From NCBI GenBank assembly GCA_040219255.1, contig JAVJSW010000068.1:32001-96000 (forward strand): a DNA stretch of 64,000 bases. Direction: 5' to 3'. Position numbers and translations under genes: made by a program. The stretch comes from Sumerlaeia bacterium (lineage in GTDB: Bacteria > Sumerlaeota > Sumerlaeia > SLMS01 > JAHLLQ01). The first letter of the stretch is position 1. Each line of letters opens with the position of its first letter. The notes beneath the pieces were generated by a model. That model had not been told where the DNA came from. It searched no databases and worked only from the letters and a program-made list of their open reading frames with translations. Of the stretch, positions 1-8,656 are shown one piece after another.

Positions 1-1
1 C

Positions 2-1480
2 TTCGCCGACGAAATCGTGGCGCCGAAGCTGAGAATCGACGAAGCCGACGTGGCGCTCTACTACCGCACGAACATCGCGACGGGGGCCGAGACGGGCACG
101 GGGGCGTTCGGGGCCGCACCGGCCCGGCTGGTGGTGCGGCGTCTGCGGGTGCCCTACGATCAGCCGGTGTCGGAAGATTCGCGGGCCCGGGCGCGCCAGA
201 CCGCCGGGTTCCTGTCGGCCCAGGCCCAGCGGCGCGGCGGGTTGAGGCCGCTGCTGGAGATCAACCCGCAGTTCGTCGTCGATCCGCTGCCCGAGGGTTC
301 GCGCGAAATCACCGTGGGTCAGCGGGAAATCAACCCCCTGGTCGAGCAAGTGGCCCTCGGCCTGGAGGAAGGCGAGGTGAGCCGGCCGGTGTCGCTGCCG
401 GACGCGGTGGTGCTGGTGGAATTGGTGAGCCGCATCGAGAATCCGGCGCCTTCCATCGAGGAAGTGGCGCCGGAGATTCGCCGCATCCTGCGCAAGGGGC
501 TGATTTGGTCCCAGACGTCTTATCGGCTGGGCGAGGAATTTCGCAATGCCCGCCCCATCAATCGGGTGCATCTGCTCCCGTTCATGAGCGGCGACACGGA
601 ATTGTACCGCGTTCGGGATTTTCGGATGACCAATGAGGAATTCGCCGACTTCGCGCCGGAAATCGCCGCGCTGGTGATGAACGAGGGGACGGTGCCGTTG
701 CCCGTGGTGGGCGTGGTCGCCGATTGGGTACGGGGCGAAGTGCTGAATCAGACGGTCGAGCGCTCCGGTGTCGCGGCGGGCGATCCTCGCTTCGCCGCGG
801 CGCGGGTGATGGCGGATGACCTGGTTCTGGGAACGCAGGCGCTGCGCGTGTTACGGGCGCAGGTAAAGCCCACGACGGAGGAAGTGGCGGCCTACGCCCT
901 GGAGAACCGCGACGCTCTCTACCCGCCGACCCAGAAGGGCATTTGGCGGATGACCCTGGCGCCGCAGGAAAGCGCGGCCCTCTCGGCGGCGGAGCAGGCG
1001 CGGCTCGCGGCCTTGATGGAGCTTTACCTGCGGGGGTTGCTTCAGGACGCGAAGCGCCTCCTGGCAGAGCGCGCGGAGTTGACCGGACCGGGGGCTTTTC
1101 TGGTGCCGCAGGCGGTCGTCGATCGCCTGCCCCAGCCTCCCGACGACCGTTATCGGCGGACCATGGAATTCGTCGCGGATCTGGACCCGCGGGCGGCCCG
1201 CGAGCAACTCGGTTTCGACGTGGCGGGTTTGACGCCGGGCCAGTTCTCCGAGCCGCTCCGGCGGCCCGACGGCAGCTTCACGGTGTATTATGTGGCCTCC
1301 GAGGTTCAGCGCCCCGCCCCGGCCCCCAAGGCATTGGAAGCGCTGGCGCGGCGAGAGCTGGTGCAAGAGCGGGCCCGGGGGGCGGCGTTGGAAGAGTTGG
1401 CGGACATGGAGATCGAGGGGCGGCTGCGCTTTAATTTCCCCACCGCTGGAATAAGCCTTGCCAACATGACGGCAGAATAA
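2..1480 (+). CDS. SurA/PrsA-like parvulin-type peptidyl-prolyl isomerase/chaperone, 5' partial
   Basis: Frame is open from the window edge. Two parvulin-like C-terminal motifs: ALGLEEGEVSRPVSLPDAVVLVELV and AGLTPGQFSEPLRRPDGSFTVYYV. Confidence 0.6.
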   Translation, partial: FADEIVAPKLRIDEADVALYYRTNIATGAETGTGAFGAAPARLVVRRLRVPYDQPVSEDSRARARQTAGFLSAQAQRRGGLRPLLEINPQFVVDPLPEGSREITVGQREINPLVEQVALGLEEGEVSRPVSLPDAVVLVELVSRIENPAPSIEEVAPEIRRILRKGLIWSQTSYRLGEEFRNARPINRVHLLPFMSGDTELYRVRDFRMTNEEFADFAPEIAALVMNEGTVPLPVVGVVADWVRGEVLNQTVERSGVAAGDPRFAAARVMADDLVLGTQALRVLRAQVKPTTEEVAAYALENRDALYPPTQKGIWRMTLAPQESAALSAAEQARLAALMELYLRGLLQDAKRLLAERAELTGPGAFLVPQAVVDRLPQPPDDRYRRTMEFVADLDPRAAREQLGFDVAGLTPGQFSEPLRRPDGSFTVYYVASEVQRPAPAPKALEALARRELVQERARGAALEELADMEIEGRLRFNFPTAGISLANMTAE

Positions 1481-1495
1481 ACATAAAGATAAATC

Positions 1496-2059
1496 TTGTC
1501 ACAAAAGGAGCCCGCCGGGACGGTCGCCATGAGCCCCTCCGACCACTCGAAATGGCAGGCTGGAGGACGCACGGCCTCTGGCCGCGGCGCCTGGGGACGG
1601 TTGGCGCCGCGGACGCGCCGGGTGGTGGCCTGTGGCGTGGGGGCTCTGCTGCTGGGGGCGGTGGTGCTGATATCCGTCTTTCTGCTCCGCGCCTATCGGT
1701 TCGAGAAATGGGCGGTTCGCGACGCGGTGGAGCTCAAACCCTACGAGCACGTTCTCTATTCGGTCCATTCGGACGCGGCGACGGATCGGCAGTTGCCGGC
1801 GGCGCTACTGGACGGGCTGGACGGTCCGGACCGGGTCGTTCTGGCGGAAACGGCTCGTGGGCGCCTGGCGATTCATGTGTCGCGCAGCGACTACCGGGCG
1901 GATTGGGACGGCACCGGCCTTTGGGTGAAGGTGTATCTGGAAACGCGTCATCCATCGAATCCGGCGGTGACCAAGGCGGTGAAGGTGCTGAATCATTTGG
2001 AGCAGCAGCCAAACGGCCAGTGGTACGTCGCCGAGACGAGGGCGCTGACGATTCCTTAG
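1496..2059 (+). CDS. Hypothetical membrane-anchored protein
   Basis: One hydrophobic segment (VVACGVGALLLGAVVLISVFLL) followed by a soluble domain. Directly downstream of the PPIase. Alternative ATG start at 1529. Confidence 0.6.
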   Translation: MSQKEPAGTVAMSPSDHSKWQAGGRTASGRGAWGRLAPRTRRVVACGVGALLLGAVVLISVFLLRAYRFEKWAVRDAVELKPYEHVLYSVHSDAATDRQLPAALLDGLDGPDRVVLAETARGRLAIHVSRSDYRADWDGTGLWVKVYLETRHPSNPAVTKAVKVLNHLEQQPNGQWYVAETRALTIP

Positions 2060-2385
2060 CGTTCGCCGCCGCCGAGCAATGCCGTCCTCACATCCGGCGA
2101 CCGCCAAAGGCGCATGGCCAGGTAGATCAGCGTCACTAGATTGCCCAACAGCAAAAGCCCCAGGGCCCAGATCGGCACCGTCCAGCGGGGCCGTTCGATC
2201 GCGCCGATCCAGGCGATCACGAACAGAAACCCCAGATACAAATCGATCGTCGCCACCCACCCCCAGCGATAATCGAGCAGCGCGCCGAAGCCGGCGAGGA
2301 CGTCCGATTCGGCGGACGCCCAGACGATGGAGCCGGTGAAGCCAGCCGCCAAAGACAAACAGATGAGGAGGAGAAGGTGGCGCAT
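2056..2385 (-). CDS. DUF1475 family small membrane protein
   Basis: WGWVATIDLYLGF...LLLGNLVTLIYL signature; three predicted TM segments. Confidence 0.75.
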   Translation of the reverse strand: MRHLLLLICLSLAAGFTGSIVWASAESDVLAGFGALLDYRWGWVATIDLYLGFLFVIAWIGAIERPRWTVPIWALGLLLLGNLVTLIYLAMRLWRSPDVRTALLGGGER

Positions 2386-2433
2386 GGCAGAGGGAGAGTC
2401 CTTTTCGAGACAGAAAGTGGAGAGAACAAAAAA

Positions 2434-2469
2434 ACGACCAAATCAATCAAATCGTTCAATTCGTTCAAA
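2434..2469. promoter_or_regulatory. Putative operator of four tandem 9-bp direct repeats
   Basis: acgaccaaa / tcaatcaaa / tcgttcaat / tcgttcaaa in the divergent intergenic region. Inverted related copies ttgattgg and ttgattga at 2548-2568. Confidence 0.5.
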
Positions 2470-2564
2470 AACCTCTTGCCAGGATCGGGCCACTCATGAT
2501 GACCTCCTTTCGTCAGGCCCCAGGGGTTGATCCCGAATGGCGGCCTATTGATTGGTACGATTGA

Positions 2565-3482
2565 TTGATGTCCGATTGGCTTCACAGAACTCCAGCAGAG
2601 GACCGGTTGCTGACCTCGCGCGAAGTAGCCCAAGCGCTGGGCGTAAGCGAGTCCTCGGCGAAGAGATGGGCCGACAGCGGTCAGATTCCTGTGACGCGAA
2701 CTCTGGGGGGACACCGGCGCATTCGACTGTCCGATGCGATCCGGTTCATCAGAGATAAGCGGCTTCCGTTGGCGCGCCCCGATTTGCTCGGGCTGCCGGC
2801 GGGAGCCACTTCTTTTTCCGCCGCGGCCACGCCATGGGCCGCGCTGCGCGACGCTCTCCTGGCGGGCGATGAGGAGCGGGCCCTCGAGTCGATCTTCTCC
2901 GCGTTTCTGGATGGCGACCCGCTGGCCGAAATCGCCGATGGTCTGATTTCTCCCGCCATGGAGCATCTGGGTACTCTCTGGGCCCATTCGCCCGATGGCA
3001 TCCTGGTCGAGCACCGGGCCTTCGACATCGTGATGAGGGCGCTGCGCCGGATTCAGGACTTGCTGCCACGGCCGGCCCCAGGTGCACCCGTGGCGGTGGG
3101 GGGCGCTCCACCAGGCGACGTCTATACGATGCCGAGTCTTTGTGCCTCCCTCGTCTTTCAGGAGGCTGGCTTTCGAGCCATCAATCTCGGGGCGCAAACC
3201 CCCTGGGAGACATTGATCTTGGCGTGCCGGCAGTACGGCCCCAGGGCGGTGTGGCTTTCCTTTTCGACGGAACGGGAAAACGGCGAGGACACGATTGCAT
3301 CTTTACGCCGCCTGGCCCGCGAGGGTAGAAAGTCCGGGGCCATCGTCTATTGCGGCGGGGCCGCGATGCCCGAAGCGATCGAGAAAATGAAGCCCGAGAA
3401 CATCCAACCCCTTCGCCGGTTGGCGGAGTTGGAGTCGCACCTGAAGTCCGGTGGCGAACCGAGGGAAAGGAGCCGAGTTTGA
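2565..3482 (+). CDS. Xis/MerR-type HTH plus cobalamin-binding-fold transcriptional regulator (CarH/LitR-like)
   Basis: HTH LLTSREVAQALGVSESSAKRWADSG..RTLGGHRR; W-x9-EH (WAHSPDGILVEH); Rossmann segment GFRAINLGAQTP. Confidence 0.85.
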   Translation: MMSDWLHRTPAEDRLLTSREVAQALGVSESSAKRWADSGQIPVTRTLGGHRRIRLSDAIRFIRDKRLPLARPDLLGLPAGATSFSAAATPWAALRDALLAGDEERALESIFSAFLDGDPLAEIADGLISPAMEHLGTLWAHSPDGILVEHRAFDIVMRALRRIQDLLPRPAPGAPVAVGGAPPGDVYTMPSLCASLVFQEAGFRAINLGAQTPWETLILACRQYGPRAVWLSFSTERENGEDTIASLRRLAREGRKSGAIVYCGGAAMPEAIEKMKPENIQPLRRLAELESHLKSGGEPRERSRV

Positions 3483-4252
3483 AACGGTCCGAATATTTCC
3501 ACGAACGTGTTATCTGGATCACCGGGGCATCGTCGGGGATCGGCGCCGCCTGTGCGCGGCTCTTCGCGAAGGAAGGCGCCCGCATCGCCCTCTCGGCCCG
3601 CAGCGGGGACAAGTTGGCCCAGTTGGCCGATGAAATCGGGGGCGGCGATTGCTTGGTTCTGCCGTTCGATGTGACCGACCGCGAAGCAAACCACCGAGCC
3701 GTGGCGGCGATCCGCGAACGTTTCGGCGGCCTGGACACGGCGTTCTTCAACGCGGGCACATGGAAGCCTATGGATTTGCCCCATTTCGATCCTCGGGATT
3801 TCGACAAGACTTTTCAAGTCAACGTGATGGGGATGGTCAACGGCATCGAAGCGGCCCTGCCGGAACTGGAAAAATCGGAGCGCGGACATCTTGTGGGAAT
3901 GTCGAGTTCGGTGGCCTATCGCGGGATTCCGCGAGCCGAGGCGTATTGCGCTTCGAAGGCCGCAACCCGCGCCCTCTTGCAGGCTCTGCGCTGCCAGCTC
4001 AAACCGCGCGGGGTGCCAGTCTCCATCGTCCTGCCAGGGTTTGTGAAATCTCCCCTGACGGAAACCAACGATTTCGACATGCCTTTCCTCATGGAGACAG
4101 AGGATGCGGCCCGCAAGATCGCCATCGGTATGGCACGGTATCGCGGCGAAATCGCCTTTCCATGGCAGATGATCGCGATATTCCGCCTGCTCGCTTTGCT
4201 GCCCGATTCTCTCTACACATCCATGATGGCGAAGAAGGTGGTTCGCGGATGA
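3479..4252 (+). CDS. Short-chain dehydrogenase/reductase
   Basis: ITGASSGIG, NAG and YCASK motifs. TTG start overlaps the regulator stop codon. Confidence 0.9.
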   Translation: MKRSEYFHERVIWITGASSGIGAACARLFAKEGARIALSARSGDKLAQLADEIGGGDCLVLPFDVTDREANHRAVAAIRERFGGLDTAFFNAGTWKPMDLPHFDPRDFDKTFQVNVMGMVNGIEAALPELEKSERGHLVGMSSSVAYRGIPRAEAYCASKAATRALLQALRCQLKPRGVPVSIVLPGFVKSPLTETNDFDMPFLMETEDAARKIAIGMARYRGEIAFPWQMIAIFRLLALLPDSLYTSMMAKKVVRG

Positions 4253-5508
4253 AAATCGCCATCGTCGGGGGGGGAATTTCGGGTCTGGTTTGCGCCTATC
4301 TGTTGCATGAAGAGCACGAAATCGTTCTCTTCGAAGCCAACGATTATGTCGGCGGACACACCAATACAATCGATGTCGAACGTGCCAGTGGAAGTGTCGA
4401 CGCGGTCGACACCGGTTTCATCGTTTTCAATGATTGGACCTATCCGAACTTCATCCGTCTTCTCGATCGCCTCGGCGTGGAGTCGCAGGATTCCAGCATG
4501 AGCTTTAGCGTCCGTTGCGAGAAGACCGGGCTCGAGTATAACGGAACCTCTCTCGACGCACTCTTCACGCAGCGGCGAAATCTCTTGCGTCCGCGCTTCT
4601 TGCGAATGATCCGCGACATCCTGCGCTTCAATAAAGAATCCGTGGAAAGCCTCGATTCTGGCGGATTGGACGATGGCATCAGTCTAATGGATTATGTTCG
4701 TCGGAATCGCTACTCCGACGCGTTCATCGAATACTATTTGATCCCCATCGGCTCTTCGATTTGGTCTTCGGATCCTCGTAACTTCGGTGTGATTCCAGCC
4801 CGCTTCTTTGTGGCTTTCCTTCGCAATCATGGCATGCTGACGGTCGATGCACGGCCGACTTGGCGAGTTGTCAAAGGGGGATCTCGACAGTATGTCCGCA
4901 GACTGCTGGACTTCTTCGGCGACCGGGTCCGCACAAGTTGCCCCGTTATGGAAGTTCGCCGAAGTGACAAGAGTGTCACGGTGACGACCGATCAACACGG
5001 AGCGGAGGAATACGATCATCTGATTTTCGCCAGCCACAGCAATCAATCCCTGCGAATGCTCGCCGACGCCACGGCCGCGGAGAAAACGATTCTGTCGGCG
5101 ATTCCGTATCAAGCCAACGATACAGTCCTCCACACCGATTCAAGTATTCTGCCTCGCCGGAAGAAGGCCTGGGCGTCATGGAACTATCACAGGCTGAGCC
5201 AAGATCGGAACCAGGTGGCTTTGACTTACAACATGAATATCTTGCAATCGTTGTCGACGGACAGAACGTATTGCGTCACGCTGAATCATCGCGAAGCGGT
5301 GGATCGGAGCGCGATCCTGAAAGAATTCGTCTATCACCATCCCGTCTATACCTCTGACTCGACACGGGCTCAGGATCGCTGGGAGGAAATTTCCGGTGTT
5401 GATCGGACGCACTATTGCGGCGCCTATTGGGGGAACGGCTTTCACGAAGACGGCGTCAACAGCGCGCTGCGCGTTTGTGACTTCTTCGGCAAGTCGCTCG
5501 TTCAATGA
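4249..5508 (+). CDS. FAD-dependent oxidoreductase (amine oxidase family; UfaD/RSP1091-like fatty-acid desaturase)
   Basis: MKIAIVGGGISGL, GGHTNT, VDTGFIVFN, WASWNY, YCGAYWGNGFHEDG. ATGA overlap with the SDR gene. Confidence 0.9.
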   Translation: MKIAIVGGGISGLVCAYLLHEEHEIVLFEANDYVGGHTNTIDVERASGSVDAVDTGFIVFNDWTYPNFIRLLDRLGVESQDSSMSFSVRCEKTGLEYNGTSLDALFTQRRNLLRPRFLRMIRDILRFNKESVESLDSGGLDDGISLMDYVRRNRYSDAFIEYYLIPIGSSIWSSDPRNFGVIPARFFVAFLRNHGMLTVDARPTWRVVKGGSRQYVRRLLDFFGDRVRTSCPVMEVRRSDKSVTVTTDQHGAEEYDHLIFASHSNQSLRMLADATAAEKTILSAIPYQANDTVLHTDSSILPRRKKAWASWNYHRLSQDRNQVALTYNMNILQSLSTDRTYCVTLNHREAVDRSAILKEFVYHHPVYTSDSTRAQDRWEEISGVDRTHYCGAYWGNGFHEDGVNSALRVCDFFGKSLVQ

Positions 5509-6338
5509 AAAGCGCGCTCTACCTGGGATGGATCAGACATCGGAGAGAGGCTGTCATTGAGCATGCCTTTCGGTACAATCTCTTCATGGTTTATCTCGAT
5601 CTCGCGGAAATCGATCGCTTCCTTTCGTTGACTCCGCTGTGGTCCGCATTCCGGTGGGCGCCGGCCCGGTTCGACCGTCGCGACTACCATGGGCCTGCGA
5701 GCCTGCCGCTGGATGAAGCGGTCCGCCAAACGGTGGAGCGGGAAGCCGGACGAAAGCCTGGCGGGCCGATCCGTCTTCTGACCCACTTCCGCTACTTCGG
5801 TTATCTGTTCAATCCGGTCAGCTTCTATTTCTGTTACGATGCGGCCGATGAGCGGGTCGAATTTATTCTGGCGGAGATCACCAATACCCCTTGGAAAGAG
5901 CGCCACAGTTATGTTCTCGTTCCCGGCAAGACAGCGTCGCCAGGGAGCGTGATGCGCTTCGAAATGGCCAAGACCTTCCATGTCTCGCCGTTCCTTCCAA
6001 TGGAACAAATTTACCATTGGACATTTTCCGAACCCTCGGACCGTCTTCTGGTTCATATGGAGAACTATGAGGAAGACCGTTGCGTTTTCGATGCCACGTT
6101 GTCGATGTCTCGCAAAGAAATTACGCCCCGCGTTCTCAATCTCACTCTTTTGACCTATCCCTTCATGACCGCCAAAGTCATCGTAGGGATTTATTGGAAC
6201 GCGTTGAAGTTGAAGTGGAAGGGGGCTCGATTCTACCCCCATCCAGATCCCGATCTATTGCAGGAGGACAGCCCATGTCCGAGTCCATTGTCCCACAACC
6301 AGCCACCATCCAAACACCTTCCCGAAACGACTGGATGA
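5505..6338 (+). CDS. DUF1365 protein (UfaO/RSP1090-like)
   Basis: HRR...HAFRY, GYLFNPVSFYFCYD, EITNTPWKERH, KTFHVSPF, IYWNALKL. Confidence 0.9.
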   Translation: MKSALYLGWIRHRREAVIEHAFRYNLFMVYLDLAEIDRFLSLTPLWSAFRWAPARFDRRDYHGPASLPLDEAVRQTVEREAGRKPGGPIRLLTHFRYFGYLFNPVSFYFCYDAADERVEFILAEITNTPWKERHSYVLVPGKTASPGSVMRFEMAKTFHVSPFLPMEQIYHWTFSEPSDRLLVHMENYEEDRCVFDATLSMSRKEITPRVLNLTLLTYPFMTAKVIVGIYWNALKLKWKGARFYPHPDPDLLQEDSPCPSPLSHNQPPSKHLPETTG

Positions 6339-7552
6339 ACGGCCTTTTCAAGAAGGCGATCCTTAAGGCCTTGTCTCAATTGCAATGGGGCCGTATCGTC
6401 CTCGTCGAATCATTGGAAACACATTCCCTTGGTTCCGCAGATGTGGGCCCGAACGTGCAGCTCACGGTCCACAATGACCGGTTTTATGAAAGCGTCGCCT
6501 TGCGGGGTTCTGTCGGTGCGGGTGAATCGTATATGGCTGGCGACTGGACGTGCTCAAATTTGACGGAGCTGACTCGAATATTCGTCCGGAACTACGACGT
6601 CCTGAACCAAGTCGACTCGTCCTGGCTGAACAGTCTTAGCCGCGAGGTCCTGCGGCTATATCACCGCATGCGCTCGAATACCCGAAGCGGCAGCCGCAAA
6701 AACATCGCGGCCCATTACGATCTGGGGAACGACTTCTATTCGCTGTTTCTGGATGAGACGATGACCTATTCGGCTGGCCTTTTCGCCACGCCGGAATCAA
6801 CGCTCAAGGAGGCTTCCGTCGCCAAGTTGGATCGCATTTGCAAAAAGCTCGACCTTCGACCGTCGGATCATTTGCTAGAAATCGGCACCGGGTGGGGGAG
6901 TTTCGCTTTGCATGCCGCCAGGCACTACGGTTGCCGCGTGACGACAACGACCATTTCCGGCGAGCAATATGCCTATGCGAAGACTCTCATCGAGAAGGAA
7001 GGTCTGACCGATCAAGTCAATCTCTTGCTGTCCGATTACCGCGACCTGAACGGACAGTTCGACAAAATTGCCTCGATCGAAATGATCGAAGCCGTTGGAT
7101 GGCGGTATTATCGAACGTTCATGAAGAAGTGCTGCGACTTGCTTGCTTCCGACGGGTTGCTGGCCATGCAGGCAATCACCATTCAAGATCAATACTATGA
7201 TAGCGCAAGGAAATCGGTGGACTTCATCCAGCGCTACATTTTCCCCGGCTGCTGCATTCCCTCCACCACCGCGCTCATCGACGCGGCAACATCGGCGTCC
7301 CAACTCAAACTGTCTCACTTCGAAGACATGACGCCCCACTACGCCCGGACGCTTGCCACATGGCGGGAACGGTTTCTGGCCCGGCAGGAGGATGTGCGGG
7401 CTCTCGGATTCGGGGACGAATTCATCCGCATGTGGGAATTCTATCTGTGTTATTGCGAGGGCGGTTTCACGGAAAGACACATTGGATCCGTACAAATGCT
7501 GTTCGCCAAACGCGACAATCGCCGCGCTCCCATCCTTGCCCCAATTCAATGA
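6275..7552 (+). CDS. cfa: Cyclopropane-fatty-acyl-phospholipid synthase family methyltransferase (Cfa/UfaM-like)
   Basis: NIAAHYDLGNDFY, LEIGTGWG, SIEMIEAVG, FIQRYIFPG, WEFYLCYCEGGF. Confidence 0.9.
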   Translation: MSESIVPQPATIQTPSRNDWMNGLFKKAILKALSQLQWGRIVLVESLETHSLGSADVGPNVQLTVHNDRFYESVALRGSVGAGESYMAGDWTCSNLTELTRIFVRNYDVLNQVDSSWLNSLSREVLRLYHRMRSNTRSGSRKNIAAHYDLGNDFYSLFLDETMTYSAGLFATPESTLKEASVAKLDRICKKLDLRPSDHLLEIGTGWGSFALHAARHYGCRVTTTTISGEQYAYAKTLIEKEGLTDQVNLLLSDYRDLNGQFDKIASIEMIEAVGWRYYRTFMKKCCDLLASDGLLAMQAITIQDQYYDSARKSVDFIQRYIFPGCCIPSTTALIDAATSASQLKLSHFEDMTPHYARTLATWRERFLARQEDVRALGFGDEFIRMWEFYLCYCEGGFTERHIGSVQMLFAKRDNRRAPILAPIQ

Positions 7553-8109
7553 AACGATCCGACCTGATCAACGCGGCGGGATTCCAAGCCGGATGGTGGC
7601 TGACGATCTTGGGGGCGGCCCACGGACTCCCGTGGCTGGGGCCGCTAGCAGTGTTTCCTCTAATCGGCCTGCATCTCGTCTATTTCTCGTCCCGCCCGCG
7701 AAGCGAGTTGGCCTTTATCAGCCTTTGCACGGCGGCCGGTTTCGCCATCGATTCCGCCATTTTTGCCGCTGGTATCGCACAAGCAACGAATCCCATGGTT
7801 CCCGGTTGGCCCATATGTCCGCTCTGGCTATTGGGATTGTGGTTTCTCTTTCCCGCAACGCTTAGCTACTCGCTTGGCTGGCTTATCGGACGCCCGTTGC
7901 TTCAGGTCCTCTTCGGAGCCTTCGGCGGAGCGACGTCCTATATCGCAGGCGTCCAACTGGGCGCGCTTTCATTTCCCTCCGGATGGTGGGCCGGCGCGCT
8001 GACGTATGCCATCGTCTGGAGCTTTCTTCTGCCCGCTCTCTACGCATTGTCCGGGTGGCTGAGTCCTCTTTCAGAGCCGGTTCTTGATGGTCCGAATGAG
8101 GCCGCCTAG
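7549..8109 (+). CDS. DUF2878 family membrane protein
   Basis: NAAGFQAGWW, PLWLLGLW, GAFGGATSYIAG. ATGA overlap with cfa. Confidence 0.85.
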   Translation: MKRSDLINAAGFQAGWWLTILGAAHGLPWLGPLAVFPLIGLHLVYFSSRPRSELAFISLCTAAGFAIDSAIFAAGIAQATNPMVPGWPICPLWLLGLWFLFPATLSYSLGWLIGRPLLQVLFGAFGGATSYIAGVQLGALSFPSGWWAGALTYAIVWSFLLPALYALSGWLSPLSEPVLDGPNEAA

Positions 8110-8484
8110 AACGGGCACTCGCTCGTAAATCAGCTTTCCCAGATCGAAATAGTCGTGGTGGTAGATGATCTTGTCGCCGAACTCCAGATAGCTCGCCCCG
8201 GGCACTTGCACGGTTTCTTTCGGCTTGAGCTTTCCATGGCGCAAATGCATCACCCAACACAATGTCGCCGCATTGCCAGAAGCGATCTCATGCGTAAATT
8301 CAAACCGGCATTCCTCGACCCCATCATAGAGGTCGCGGAAATAGGCCTTCAGATTTTCCAAGCCCTGGATCTCCTTCACGGGATCGACAAATCGAATCGC
8401 GGGATCATACAACTCATCGGCCAGATTCACATTCGTGGCATCGAGTTGGTTATAGATGGTCTTGAATCGGTCAATAGGGGTCAT
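8071..8484 (-). CDS. SnoaL-like/NTF2 family protein
   Basis: LYDPAIRFVDP, HHDYFDLGKLIYERVPVLG, typical of cfa-cluster SnoaL proteins. Confidence 0.85.
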   Translation of the reverse strand: MTPIDRFKTIYNQLDATNVNLADELYDPAIRFVDPVKEIQGLENLKAYFRDLYDGVEECRFEFTHEIASGNAATLCWVMHLRHGKLKPKETVQVPGASYLEFGDKIIYHHDYFDLGKLIYERVPVLGGLIRTIKNRL

Positions 8485-8656
8485 TCCTCGTCCTTTCGCG
8501 GCGCGGGTCGCCGCGCCATTCTGATGGGAGCACGCGGCGGGCCAACTCTTGCTGGCGGTGTTGGGCCTTGCCAAGCCCCCCTCCCCTGGCACATGGTCTT
8601 TCCCCCGTTCAGACCGCAAGGCCGGGCGGCCAAACCGACGACGAAAGCGACCCCCG

